A stretch of DNA of 22,037 nt, taken from the NCBI GenBank assembly GCA_051294375.1, contig JBJCIZ010000469.1, forward strand, positions 1-22,037. Reading direction: 5' to 3'. The notes under the pieces are model-generated. The model saw only the letters and a program-made list of their open reading frames with translations, did no database searches and was not told the DNA's origin. The translations under genes were made by a program, and so were the position numbers. Below, piece after piece: positions 7,688 through 19,735 of the stretch. This stretch comes from Paraspadella gotoi. Lineage: Eukaryota > Animalia > Chaetognatha. Each line of letters begins with the position of its first letter. The stretch's first letter is position 1.

Positions 7688-10600
7688 ATTTTGTTGAACC
7701 AAAATCTTTTTATTATTTATTCACAATCTAAACGAAAGAAAGAAGGAGAAGTGAGATGAGAAAGAATTCTTTGGACTTTCATTCTAGACAATTTTAAAAT
7801 AACGTCTTTGCCCGGCCTAACTCAAAAAGACACAATTTGAAAGTCACTAAAAATAAATTGACACAACGCAGGGGGATGAAACATTGGGAGCTAAAATCTT
7901 AAACTGTACATATTTCAATGATTTCGGCTTAACTATCTCAGCGGCCATTATACAAAAAAATACTGAAGCCAATACCTAAACATTATATGCCTTATTCGAA
8001 GTAAAAGCCGGTTAAACTGACCGCCCGCGTGCGCGGAACTCTTTGAACTGATCTTATCACTAATCTACTTTAGGTCGGAATCCGAAAGACCCGCTGTAAG
8101 ACCGGCTTGTTAACATGCACAACCCGCGCCTGGCCGCGGCCAAACTTCCTGATTCTCCCCGAACTCGAGCACTATATCTCCACCCGCCAATCTTTTGACC
8201 GCAGCTCAACCGTACGTCAGAAACTGTGAATATTTAGTTGGCAGCCCGAATTGTAAAGACATACGGCAACCGGCCCGGACCAATACTCCGTACATTACTC
8301 AAAATAGGAACACGTAAAGCGCTAAACTTAATGGTATTGCGATCATGGCGAAGCCCCGATATACACGCCTTTCTGAAATCCATCTTTCTGCCCCCCGACT
8401 AGGAACGCAAATCGCGATCTCGCAAGATTAATGACGGATCCTGAACTTAGGAACGCCAATCAACCCCTTGAACGTCATCAAACGATCCTTGCGCGAGCCA
8501 AAAGGTGAATGTTCCCAATCCTTCGAAAACCAAGAAACCGAAAGCAACACAGTAAAAAATCTCAAAAATTCAAATTTTTCTCTACCGCAGGTAATACCGC
8601 ATAAAGCGATCGACACATACTTCAGGCCCACATCAGGCCCCACCGCACACAACATCCTTCAACGATCCTTGATTGAAGACCTGCCGATGCGAAAGACAAA
8701 AATTTATGCAATTCATCTGTGAACATCGTCTCGTCTTACCCATTTTAGAGACGCACAACTCCGCGTACTCACGAACACGAAAAACCTTGACTAATCCATA
8801 CGGCGACAAAAAATAGCAAAATTGAGTACGAACAAATTTGAAAAAACACTAAATTTTTCGGTATTCAAGCTATACTTAAACCCTAAGCGTGCTACAACTT
8901 TCATGAATAAAATGAATTGACAGCCCATTATCTACCTTATGTCCGCTAGTAGGTTGCCCAAAAGCAAAAAATGTCTTAAACTAAACCTAAAAATGCATAA
9001 TCAGATACTATCAAATACTTAAAAACCCGAAAAATACGTAAAATTTAAAAATCAAATACCACTAAGAAATATAATCAGCTATCATAAATAGCGTTAAAGC
9101 GAAGCTACTTTATTGGTTTATTTTTGCCTGTATTAAGCATCCGCAATGCCGAACAGCCAAAGCAACAAGAGCCTAAGTATTTCGGCAGGCGCCTAAACTA
9201 TAAGACTACGGAGGGGCGAGACCCTTCTAAACCCTGCCCCAAAAGCCATAAACAAGCAATAAACATGCCATAAACCTTTTTATCGTGGCTTCCCTGTATC
9301 CAGCCCTCCCTGCTATCCTTATTTACAAGCCGGAGAAAAGACACAAAAAATGCAAGACCGCTACAAAGGTCAAAACGTATTACGCAACTAGCCTGACATG
9401 CCAAAGAAAGCCGCGGACGCAAACGTAAAGGACGCGGTAAGCTACATTAAAGCGCGGTTTCGGTAAGCGTTGTATTTACCGCTGAGGAAAAAGCGGTGGT
9501 TGAACAAAAACAACCCTTTCGTTACCGAATTATCGACAAAAATCTTCGGCAGTTCCCGACTACTTAATTCCAAACCAACTTTGAATGAATCCAGGCTATA
9601 CGCGCTAGCGGAAAGCGCCCGCCTGCAAGCGGCGCGCAGGCCGAGACAGTCAAAGATGACAGGGTAGACCGTCGCTGCCGGGGAAAGCCCTAAAGTTGTA
9701 ATTTTTGCGCCGTCGCTCGACTCACGAAACTCCGCTCCGTCAAGATGTAGTTCGAAAATCGAGGCAAAAAATATTATTCAAAAGCGAAACAAATGTTAGG
9801 TGGCAAACTTACGAAAAATATAAATTCATCCATTAAGAGCAGAGCTAATCATTAATTTTCCCTTATCCTACTTCTACTTTGTCGGCCTCTCCTCTTGAGC
9901 TACCAAAAATAAGACAAAACACTGAATAAATACAAAAAATGGCGAGAATGCGGGCTAGTTTTAAGCAGCTGGGGTGGCTTTGCAACACCGCCCTCCGAAG
10001 CAGGCGTTTCGTACATTTCCGTACTTGTCCTGCCGCTCGCGGAAAGACACGCTTTTGCGCGAGCGTTTGGTTTTGTTACCTCCTCATCAAACTCAACCAA
10101 AAAACCTTGACCTTGACGTCAATTTCACCTTTCTCAACTCATTAAACAAAAAACCTAAAGTCACGAACCCGACATACGCTACAAAAGTTGCTGACGCACG
10201 TCAAGTTCATTACTAATAAATAAAACACTAAACATTTATAACATCTTGTTTAGCTTCATGCGGTTAATGACTTAAATACTAAAAACGCAAAAATGAAAAT
10301 AATAACAATTTTTCTAAAAAAACGAACAAGATTTTTAAAACCCTAAGCGCATTTCTAAAACAATAACTAAATTATCTTCAGTATCGAAAAATTGGACCGT
10401 TCCTCCCGCACGCAACGCCACCGAGCAGCGCAAACGAACCTGTTCGCTACAAAAGCCAAAAAAATTTCAAAACAAAAATTTAGCAAAAAAATCGCAAGAT
10501 CCCCAAAATAACTACAAATGGCGAGAGACTACGTTAGCCTTAATTCGCAAATGTTTGCCGGGGAATAAACCAGGCGCGAAAACTCAAATTATCTCCGAGC

Positions 10601-13292
10601 CGCCTAAAGTCGCGGTAAGATCTGCCAGGCAAAAGGCATGAATGTTAAATAACGCTTTATCCCGGCAGATAATTCGAGGCCGACTTACGAACGATTGAAA
10701 GTTGAGAGGGCGTTAACCTGCACGCAAAACCAAACATACAAAAATAAAATGATTTACTCAAAAAATAAATATTATTAAAACTTAAAAAATATTAAGAAAA
10801 AACAGTAAGCACGCCTTCTTATTCTCAGAAATGTCCGCCGCATCAAGCCTTCTCTACGCCCGACGAAAACCTCCGCAAATTCTTAGCTTATAACCCTAGA
10901 TCGTCGCTCACGAACCGAGACGACCCCCAACATTATGACCGCGTAAGCGTCGTCGCCACGCAGACCGGCAACCCGAAATGCTTGCTGCTGCATTTACAAC
11001 GTGGTAAAATTTGCGCGGAAAAATTCGCACGCCTGTGAAAAAAGGGGCGTGGCCTTACGCGTCGCCATCGTCGATGCCATCGAACACGCCATCGATGCCG
11101 CGTTACTAAAATAATTTCCTTTTACATAAAATCAAAAAATTCTAAAAATTCCGCCATACTTGCAAAAAAGCGCAAAAAATCGGAGATTATGCAAAAAAAA
11201 GTCAAAGTATTATATAAAAAAACATTGAACAAAAAACGGTTCAAACGAGATGGCGCCGCCGTACGGGCCCGACTTTCCGCCTGCATGGAACAAGCCCTCC
11301 CACGCAACCTCCCCGCCAGCCCATGAAAAAACACCCTGCTCAGCGATTGTTTTGTATTAGCCGAGACGCGACGTCAAAGTAAACAAAACAAGGCTGAGAC
11401 TCACGCTGCACAAAGCGCGCCCCTACGTCCAATCGCAGTTGACGCTAGCCCTGCTAGCAAATTTCGAAACTTAAACTAAAATAAATCGATGAGTAATGCC
11501 ACAATAAAATTAAAAAACGGCTTTTGAAACGCCGCGGCACCTCCCATAAAAAAGATTTTTTGCAAAGTGCCCCAGAAAAAAATAGGAAATCCGCCTGTTG
11601 CAACGCGAGCTGAAAGCGAAATGCATTAATAAATAACGTTCTGTTCGCCGCGTTTTACGGGAGATCGCAATCCGTATTCGAATCCCAACCCTTTAACTCC
11701 CGCCACAGTACGCAGCAATCCGCAATTTCCATATCGAATTTGAACAAAACCAGAAAAAACGAAAATAAAACGATAATAAATAACTATTTGATCAAAATGT
11801 AAAAATAGTTAAATATATAAAAAAGGAAACGCCGGCTTTTCAGCCCCACAGAAAAGAAAAAAGCCTTCTAGAAAGCGCTTCTTAGAGCGCCATCGCCCAT
11901 TTATAGCAAAAAATTTATTCCTAAGCTCTTCAGCGCCGCGGGGTAGGCTACTGCCTTCAACTTTAGAGAAAAATACCCGAAAAAGAGCCCAAGGAAGGGC
12001 TCGCGCCCTCTTGACGGAGTTTAATTATAAATCAAAAACGAAAAGGGAATTAATTAATAATATAAAAAATTATCCTAATCATTTAATAAATTAAACCCGT
12101 TAAATATTAAAAAACGCTTCGCCCCGTTATTAAAAATTCTCTAAATAATTTCACTTTTAAAAAAACGCCAAAAGCGATTCAAAAAACAGAAAACTTGAAT
12201 TCTTTTCTGCGACTGGCGCGCCATCGCCTAATAAAAGCTGCAAAAAAACCTCTGCGCCCCACATTTTTAATGAACAATGCTCCGCGCCCGTAGAGAACGG
12301 TCACGGACAGAAAAAATAAAAAAAAATTGTCCGGCCCCGTAGAGCACGGACGCCGGACACAAAAAACGAAAAAAATATTGAAAACGCAAAAACTCTTTGT
12401 CAGGCCGCCTAGTACGGACGCCAGACACACGAATCCACTTTTCTCCATTGAAAAATGTTTACTGAGACGCGCGTCAGATGAAATTGTCCAGCCAGAAACG
12501 CACTGATCCTACTGGCCGAATTCAGAACCGCGATCCGGCTTGAGCCTTCATTTTAAACTATAAAACTAGGCCACCACAAAAAAATAAAAGAAACTGAAAA
12601 AACTAAACGCTAATTTACAATTGCCCCGAGCCAAAGTCGTGCGCATTATTACTCAGCCCCTAGGTAATTAATAATCAAAGGACACTTTAACGATCTATTA
12701 CCCATCATAAGCACATTTAAATAATTGCTTTGCGTTGCCAATAAAAGCTGACACAATGCCCGCTCAATATATACCCACTTATCGTGCCCTCATAAGGTAA
12801 CCATTAGTAAAAACAGGCTAAGCTAAATTACGTGACAATATAACCACCATATTTAAACAGTCTCAGTGGTATTCAACACGCTGGGAGCCGCCCGAGCCCC
12901 CGTTACACCTCCAAACCTCAAACAATGATAATTCTATGTGCCCGCGTAACTAAGATCTTAAGCCCCATATCTTCCATAAGGCGAGCCGGGTAGGGCTGAG
13001 ATATACAAACCCGTGCGTCCGGCCAAAATAACCAAAAAAAAAAAATAAAAATAAAAAACGAAGTACTCAAGACTTCCCCGCCGGGCACCCCGCGGACACC
13101 TAAGGCTGCCCATTATATACAAAGACGAGAGCACGACGGACAGCGAAATGCGTGAACGATCAACGCCTTCCTCTCTCCCTGCCTGCCATCCCGCGATGAG
13201 GAGGGCCTATCTTGTTGCGCAACTGGCGTCGCGCACGATCAAAAAACGTCGATCCTCACCGAGCTTCCTCCCCCAAGCTGCCAGTCTCATGG

Positions 13293-13564
13293 GCTCATGA
13301 GATGCGCTGCCCGACGCCATCTGTGCACAGCCTACGCTACGCTGAGCTCATGAAATAGGCCCGCGACGCATGCCGCGTTGGGGGGATTTGATACGCTGCT
13401 GTCACGTGAAGCTCATGAAATGGCCCCCGACGCCATGCTTGTACAGCTGCCCGTCACGTAAGCTCATGAAGATGCCAGCCCCGCGACGCCCTATGCTTGT
13501 ACAGCCTGCCGTCACGTAAGCTCATGAAATGGCCCGCGACGCCATGCCCTTGCTACAGCCTGCG
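13293..13564 (+). repeat. Tandem repeat, 5 copies of ~51-bp unit (consensus GCTCATGAAATGGCCCGCGACGCCATGCTTGTACAGCCTGCCGTCACGTAA)
   Basis: GCTCATGA starts at 13293, 13346, 13411, 13462 and 13520; the units are alignable along their length. Confidence 0.92.
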
Positions 13565-13568
13565 TGTA

Positions 13569-13620
13569 CCAATACCAATACTGATAAATACAGCCTCTTT
13601 TAAGCCTCTTATGTCCAGTA
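13569..13620 (+). promoter_or_regulatory. Putative Pol II core promoter of the LTR
   Basis: CCAAT at 13569 and 13575, TATA-like GATAAATA at 13583-13590, and initiator-like CCAGT at 13615-13619 about 30 nt downstream. Confidence 0.45.
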
Positions 13621-13887
13621 GTTTTAAATCAGGTGCGGACAAAGTTGAAATCTCATAAATGTTTCATATTTAAATCATATGCTTTTTTAAGGTTGCTACA
13701 TGATTTTTACTTCTTTTTTTTCAACAGCTAACGGCAACAACTTGCTTTCAAGGCATATCGCAGTCTATGCCGCGTTCTACGTTAGGCTCAATTTTAAAAA
13801 CCAGATTTGGATTTCTCAAAGCATATTACTAGTACCTGACGACATCAAGTGACGGAAGTTTGCGTTCTCTATTTATCATCACAGATC

Positions 13888-14121
13888 ATGGAATTGAAAC
13901 CCCGGAAACAGAGCCGAAAGCGATTAAGGAAGAGGATCGGAAGAGGAAGCAAGATTTACTTGGATATTGTTCGGAACGGACGTTTAGGAAGCCAAATCGC
14001 AGTAAAGGACAACAATAGAATTTCCGGAAGCAGTGCAAAACCAAGCGTTCCAGAAGAGGAAGAGGAGGATTCCGCGAAGACGAATCTTGGCTTCGTTCTT
14101 TACTTGCCCATTAAAATTTAA
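13888..14121 (+). CDS. Hypothetical 77-aa Arg/Lys-rich, acidic-patch protein within putative LTR
   Basis: ATG in strong context (ATCATGG) 3 nt after a pyrimidine-rich ..CACAG acceptor. Uninterrupted ORF MELKPRKQSRKRLRKRIGRGSK..PEEEEEDS..; AATAAA about 70 nt after the stop. Confidence 0.35.
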   Translation: MELKPRKQSRKRLRKRIGRGSKIYLDIVRNGRLGSQIAVKDNNRISGSSAKPSVPEEEEEDSAKTNLGFVLYLPIKI

Positions 14122-14249
14122 AACTCTCTGTTTCTGCTTTGATTCATTTGTCCAAATATTGACACGTCTTCTATACTACTTTCTGTAGAATAAATTCCAC
14201 TTTTGGTTCATGCTGCAAAAAAATTTATCCCTGTCTTCTTACTTAAATG

Positions 14250-14267
14250 TGGTGACAGCGAGTGGAT
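14250..14267 (+). promoter_or_regulatory. Primer binding site, tRNA-Leu type
   Basis: TGGTGACAGCGAGTGGAT closely resembles TGGTG(G/A)CAGCGGTGGGAT, the complement of metazoan tRNA-Leu 3' ends. It lies just upstream of the gag-like region. Confidence 0.7.
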
Positions 14268-14337
14268 CCGACATCCCATCCCCTCCAAAAGAAGAGTCAA
14301 GCCTTATCCACTACAGACCACGCTACCCCTCAAGAAA

Positions 14338-16990
14338 ATGGATTCTCCGCCGCCTCTAACCATTCCCCCGCCGCCAAAGCCTCAGGCGGAAAAATAGGAG
14401 CCGCGGCTGCCACCCATTGAGCGCCGCCAACAGATGAAGTACGGCTAGCCCAGCCACCTATGGGGGACCTCGAAATTATCACACCTTCGACCTCTACGGA
14501 GAGCCTTACTTAGAGCCAATGCAAACAATTAAGCGACACCACAGGCGAGCCGACGCGTCAAAATCCTCGTACGCTCCAATAAACAATGCCAATTCTAAAA
14601 CAACGCATCAAAATCATGCCAAGAATGAACAGAGGGTCTGAGGAGCACCCTGCAGAGCAAAATCTCGGCGCTCCAAAATGGACGACATCCATGAGATGAT
14701 TGAAACTCATGATGCTCGCCTGACAACAACCGCTGACATCAACACCACGCGCCCAACACAACTGTCACTAACACGCCCCCCTCATCCAACCTTCTACCCT
14801 ACTACCAGTCTCCCATCGGCCCATCGCCGCTTCCAGCTTCGCCACAGCGCAACACGTGGACCTTTCACTCAACCTAACATTGGTCAAGGAGTACCAATCT
14901 GTCGCCCGAAGGTAAACCCCTCTGGAAAGCAGGGAGAAGCGACCCGCCCCTCTTACACCCCCAGTTCGAGCAGCCCCATTCCAAGCCTCGAGAAAGGGAG
15001 AGCGACGAAGCTCGCGGAAGATTTCCTTCGTAGCTTTTACGAAGCCTGAGAATTAAGGACTCCCAACACCGGACAAAGGATATAGAATTCAGCCGCTGCG
15101 CGCCCCCTCGGCCCGAGATAAGGTTGCAAGCAGATTCCCTGGAACAATAAACCAGTCCATGTGCGCCAATGGGATTGCCGCCCCCGTGCGTTACAAAACT
15201 CCTAAGGAGCATCGCGAAGCCCCTCGCCGAAGCAAAGATTGCAAGTCAATCCTCAGCGTTTCACGCCCCGAAATACGGCCATTCGCATCTGCGTAAACGC
15301 CGCTAAAGACAACTTTGCAGACGGTGAGCGGAGCAAGGATAGGCTCCTACCAGACTATAGTAGCCTCAAGATGCTGGTGGAAGCGCCCATCGAACCCTAT
15401 GCCCTGGAATAACCGCCGTCGAAACTCTGCGAGTGGACCCAAATGTTGGCGAAAGAGAGAGCGACGCAGACGCCTCTTGGCGAAATGCGCCAAATTCGAA
15501 TTTCAAATGCGGCAGGGTCTACCTGAAGATAAACGAGACGGACACTCCATCAGGAAACGTCGGTCAAGACTGTCTCAGATGTATGACAAAGAGAAGCTCA
15601 GTCAATGCTCTCGGTTCAGAAAGGATCAAACTGACAAGACCTCCTCAGCAGCAGCGCCACAGCCTAGTTCTACCAAGGGGACGCGTGCTGCAGGAGATGA
15701 ATAACATGAACGAAAGATCGAAGGAGCCTGAAAAGGAAGATTTGCGCAAAGCACCGACGCCCAAATCAACAAGAGCCACCGCTTTTCGAACGTCGAGGAA
15801 TGCCGCAGCGCCCAAACCGTAATTTTGAAAAAAAAATATGAGAAGAGCGCGGCCGGATTGTGAAAAATGAAAGGAAACCAAGCTTGCTATGCGCGATGAC
15901 AAGAAAAGAAAGAAAACCCCAAACACTTTGGGAAGAAGGCTACGTGATATTGCTAGATGCTATACAATGAACTTGATACTCGACTTTGCCGATGACGCTG
16001 AATAATACGCATTCTGGATATTTCCGCGTAATGCGATAAAGATAAAAAAAAGCTGAGACATAGCAAAAATAAAAGCCCACCTCAGCCAAAAAAAGATTAA
16101 AAAGCACAACTGGCCTAGCAACTCAAGGAAGGCTTACGCAGAATCTTAGGAAAAAAGATAATATGATAAAAACACGCAAACAAGCTAAAAACAGGCAAAA
16201 CAGAGACAAAATTCAAAGACCTATCTTATTATAGCCAAAAATCTAAGGGGCCAAATCCACCGCGTACCCGCGATGTTACAAGCATTTTGAAACCCCCATT
16301 GATGCCTTGATGAAAATAGCTTCTCGCCAACAAACAGCCTTCACAAGATGGGCATGACCGTACTGATGGAACAAAGCCCGACCAGGCAGGAAAAAAGGCC
16401 ATCATACTGATGAGGTCGGAAAGGCCTGCGGAAAGCCTGGTCAGAAAAGGTCAAACCAGCGTCAAACCTGGTTGAGGTTTTAATAACGACATTCCATACC
16501 AACCCCAAGCCACAAGAAGAGCGCAGCCAATAAAAAGCCCCAAATTCAGGCAAAAACGGCAGCCAAACCCAGCAAAGACGCAGAGCGAAGACCTCTCCCT
16601 CAGCCGAAACTCCGACCAGCCTGCGAGATAAGAACAACCCAACTTACGAAATCTATCTCACGCGAAAAACAATCAGGGAATCACTTCACCAGGCCAACCA
16701 TCAGACGAAGGCTTTGGTGGCAACTAGAATGCTCACCAACCAGCAGCCCATTAAAAATTTCTAAACCCAAAACCAATTGCCAGGAACTTTACCAAGACGA
16801 GAGCGCCGAGACTTACCAAATCTACCTCGAAAGCATGACAAACAACCATTCAAAAGCAAACCAAGGCGACCCGACCCCTAGGGATGACTACTGCCAGCAA
16901 CGTGTCATACAGGAAAAACAGCTATTATACCAGCTGCGTCATGCAGGAGCACGGCCAGCTTGCCCTGACGATTACAGGGGAGCATCCGTC
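14338..16990 (+). pseudogene. gag: gag-like region (heavily frameshifted)
   Basis: Located between PBS and pol. Pro-rich start MDSPPPLTIPPPPKP; AEDFLRSFYEA. Possible degraded CCHC knuckle (DYCQQR-gt-HTGK) at 16886-16920. Mostly positional. Confidence 0.45.
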
Positions 16991-17949
16991 AATTAACCAT
17001 CTATTCCACGGAAAATTCATGTTTTTTGAAAAATGGCCCTGTCTAAAGTCAATTTCACGGAACTCCACTGCGATTCATTCACGGCCACAGGGACCATAAC
17101 TCTCACGATAATATTAGCAATTATGTTTCAAAAATGGATCTTGAAAACGGTTTCTAGCTCTCTGCAGACGAAAACGACCAAGATGTTCATCATTGGTAAC
17201 GGCCGATCACACGAACCCTGGACCCCGACGGACCAGTTGTGGGAGTAGTTCAACCAGTCCCGACAAAGGCAAGACTTACAGATAGCGTCCATGGAGAAAT
17301 AAACCCAGTGACCCATCTTTTTCGTGACAAGTACGAAGCCTTAAAGGCCGCCAGATGGCTCGCGCCGGGGAAATGTTGAACGAACACATCACCAGTCCCC
17401 AATACATTGCCGGAGCACGGATGCCAGACGGAAAGACCAAATTGACTTCCACCAGACCCTACTGGAAAACCCTTGCTGGTACACGATGGATTAATTGAAT
17501 CCACTGCACGGAGAAAATATACACGTCGCTGCAGCGAGACCAGCCTCAAGGCAGAGGGCATCGCATCTCGATACAAGCCAGGACCCTGGGACTGGAGACA
17601 AGAACATAAAAAAGGGACGGATAAAAAAGAGGGGCGGGGTAAGCGACTCTGATTACAAACAGGCCAAAAGCTGAGTTGGAACTGGAAACTGGCTTCCACA
17701 GCGGAACCAGTGCCAAGCAGACCTAACTGGAGAAAAACCTGCTACTTAGAAAGGCTTGAGACAAAGCAAAACAATCCCGGCCACTACAATTGTTCATCAT
17801 AACCGACAGAAGCAGAAATTAAAGCAGTCGAGGAGGCCCGACAAAAAGGCAACAAAAACATGACGCCGCCGCGGAAAAGAAGCTTTCCTAAAACCTTTCA
17901 AAGACGTCTGACCCGGTTCTCTCCAGGGACAAAGCCACACTTCAGTATG

Positions 17950-18870
17950 GGAAGATAGTATCGGGAATATCGTGACGTCTCTTTGGGAGACGATAAATGA
18001 TTGCAAAGAGGGTTTCCTCAATTATAAAGTGGACCTTGGATACACTCCACTGCACGACCTGCCCCAAACCGAGATTCCGCGAACAAGACCCAGTAAAAAA
18101 GGCCCGCAAACTAAAAGAGATACCTCGAAGTATACGAAAAGGCAGGCATAGTGTCGCACACAAGAAACGAGCATATTCAAAATGCGTTTCTGATAAAAAA
18201 ACCAGGCCACATTGCTGAAGGACAGATGATGTATGAACGACGAAACATTCGCATAAACAAGGCGACTCATCTGCGATCTCTCCGCCGTTAACAACAACAT
18301 ATCGACGTATGCCAACGGAACCAGCAGACAATTGCCTTCTATCCCATAGAACAGTATAAGCCGCACGAGCTGCAATGCCCTCCGTTGATATTCTAGCCTG
18401 CTTCCACCAGGTCAACCTGACTGCAGCGCTGCCCAAACCCGTCACAACATTCGCCGGCGCAGTCGTCACAATTGGTGGATGAATAAGCTGCCAATGGGAG
18501 CCGAGTAAACAGCCGTAAATGTGTCCAGGCGATACTGGACGAGATCTTCATGATCTAGGACAACATTAAAAGTTCCTAGTCTACGTCGACGACCTCATCC
18601 TCACAGCAAATCGCCACAGAGGACATGGCGCAAGGCTCCGCCGACCTTTTACAAAGATGCCGAGATGAAAATGTTGTACTCAAATGTCCTAAGGAGCGGT
18701 CCTCCTCAGAAAAGAGGACATCAAAATCCTTGGGTTTCAGCATCTCCAAAAGCAGACTCCTTCCTCAGAAAGAGAAGCTTCAAGCAATTCGAGCTCAAGC
18801 TCAAAACCCTAAGAACACAAAAAGAAATTGAGAGCCATGCTAGCGTCACTCAACTACTACCGATGCTTTA
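17950..18870 (+). pseudogene. pol: pol: reverse transcriptase (frameshifted)
   Basis: YLEVYEKAG, NAFLIKKPG, RRLICDLSAVN (18260), SVDILACFHQV (18381), NKLPMG (LPMG at 18488), FLVYVDDLIL (YVDD 18582-18593), IKILGF, KEKLQAIR, LRAMLASLNYYRCF. Confidence 0.93.
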
Positions 18871-19039
18871 CTTCATCGATTCTCTTATATTGCCCCCCCC
18901 TACACGCCCTGACCCTACTCGACAAGAAGGATTTCAAGCTTTCTGAGAAGCCACATCGAAATGCTCCATACCCTCGTTGACGAGATCAAGGCATGCCCAG
19001 GATTAAATTTTCTGAACGACGCCAGAATCAGAAATGGAT

Positions 19040-19430
19040 CTTATAGAATTTATGCCAGATGCCAGCCACGAGCCGCTATGGGAGGGCTGATTTACAGCCA
19101 CAGCTGATGGCAATCGAATATCCCTTTGTCATTTCACTCAAAATCCTTCCCTGAAGGAATACAGGATCAAACACATCAACGTCCTGAAACACTGCGCGTC
19201 AACATGATGGTCCGCCAGTTCAAAGGCTTATACATCGGCAGCGACGAGTACACACTAGTCACAGATTCTCAAATATTTTAAGAGAGTGCATGGACCTCCA
19301 GCCACGACAGACAACAAATGCTATCCCACAAACGCTCTTAAGGTGGATCACAGAGATCCGGCAGGACTGCAAACCAAAGGAGCGTCATCCTATAAAAAGC
19401 AGGACAATCCCGCGACTTTTTAACTCGTTC
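19040..19430 (+). pseudogene. pol: pol: Ty3/Gypsy-type RNase H (frameshifted)
   Basis: IEFMPDASH, AMGGLIY, PLSFHSKSF, KHINVL, YTLVTDSQ, LLRWITEIRQ and DNP-DFLTR occur in order. Confidence 0.85.
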
Positions 19431-19618
19431 ACGGAACAGGGGCAAGTCACGCCCTTAGACACTCCCTTCTTCCCCGCCGGCCTTTGACGTTTACGGCGAA
19501 TATGAACACAGGCTTCGCGGAAAACCCAGTCCAGGACCATGAGACGCCCAGAACATCTAGACTTGGTAACAGGACACGCCCCCCACCTGGCTCGTTATAT
19601 AGCCGCAAACGCTAGTCA

Positions 19619-19643
19619 NNNNNNNNNNNNNNNNNNNNNNNNN
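19619..19643. other. Assembly gap (25 N)
   Basis: Read directly. Confidence 1.
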
Positions 19644-19735
19644 GCATAGGCGAGCCAGTGGAGTCAGCAGAACCAAAGAACCCGTAAACAACTTTAGGCG
19701 ACAGTTGTTCCCTTGCTGCAATTGATGCTACAGCA

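Larger units (their letters stand above)
1..7800 (+). mobile_element. Polinton/Maverick (adintovirus-like endogenous virus), partial: virion-morphogenesis module plus convergent ORFs
   Basis: Co-oriented ATPase, rve integrase, penton, hexon and protease-like motifs occur in the usual Maverick order. The right boundary is approximate and was set where + strand composition switches from T-rich to A/C-rich. No TIR or pPolB seen. Confidence 0.93.
13213..14249 (+). repeat. Putative 5' LTR (~1 kb)
   Basis: Lies immediately 5' of the PBS and contains enhancer-like tandem repeats, promoter motifs and AATAAA (14189-14194). The second LTR is not in the window and there is no clean terminal CA, so the limits are inferred. 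Confidence 0.5.

Noticed and set aside
12400-12445. Possible pPolB YxDTDS motif (tacggacgccagacacacgaatcc)
   Set aside because: It needs several indels and a substitution, and no motif A or B lies at the proper spacing.
8428-12448. Short ORFs (65-89 aa) in the central block
   Set aside because: No motifs and inconsistent strands; lengths are as expected by chance.
13198-13212. GAGGAGGG as a polypurine tract before the putative LTR start
   Set aside because: It is short and separated from TGTTG by pyrimidine-rich bases, which is insufficient to call a shared LTR.
13293-13564. CRISPR-like appearance of the repeat array
   Set aside because: Units are alignable over their whole length with no unique spacers, there are no cas genes, and the context is a eukaryotic retroelement.
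13617-13622. AGTAGT as a Maverick terminal motif
   Set aside because: It is an isolated hexamer with no TIR partner, and is better explained as part of the initiator region.
17250-18469. Minus-strand ORFs of 74-175 aa (also 19753-20196 and 20862-21445)
   Set aside because: Antisense to recognisable pol domains; no independent evidence.
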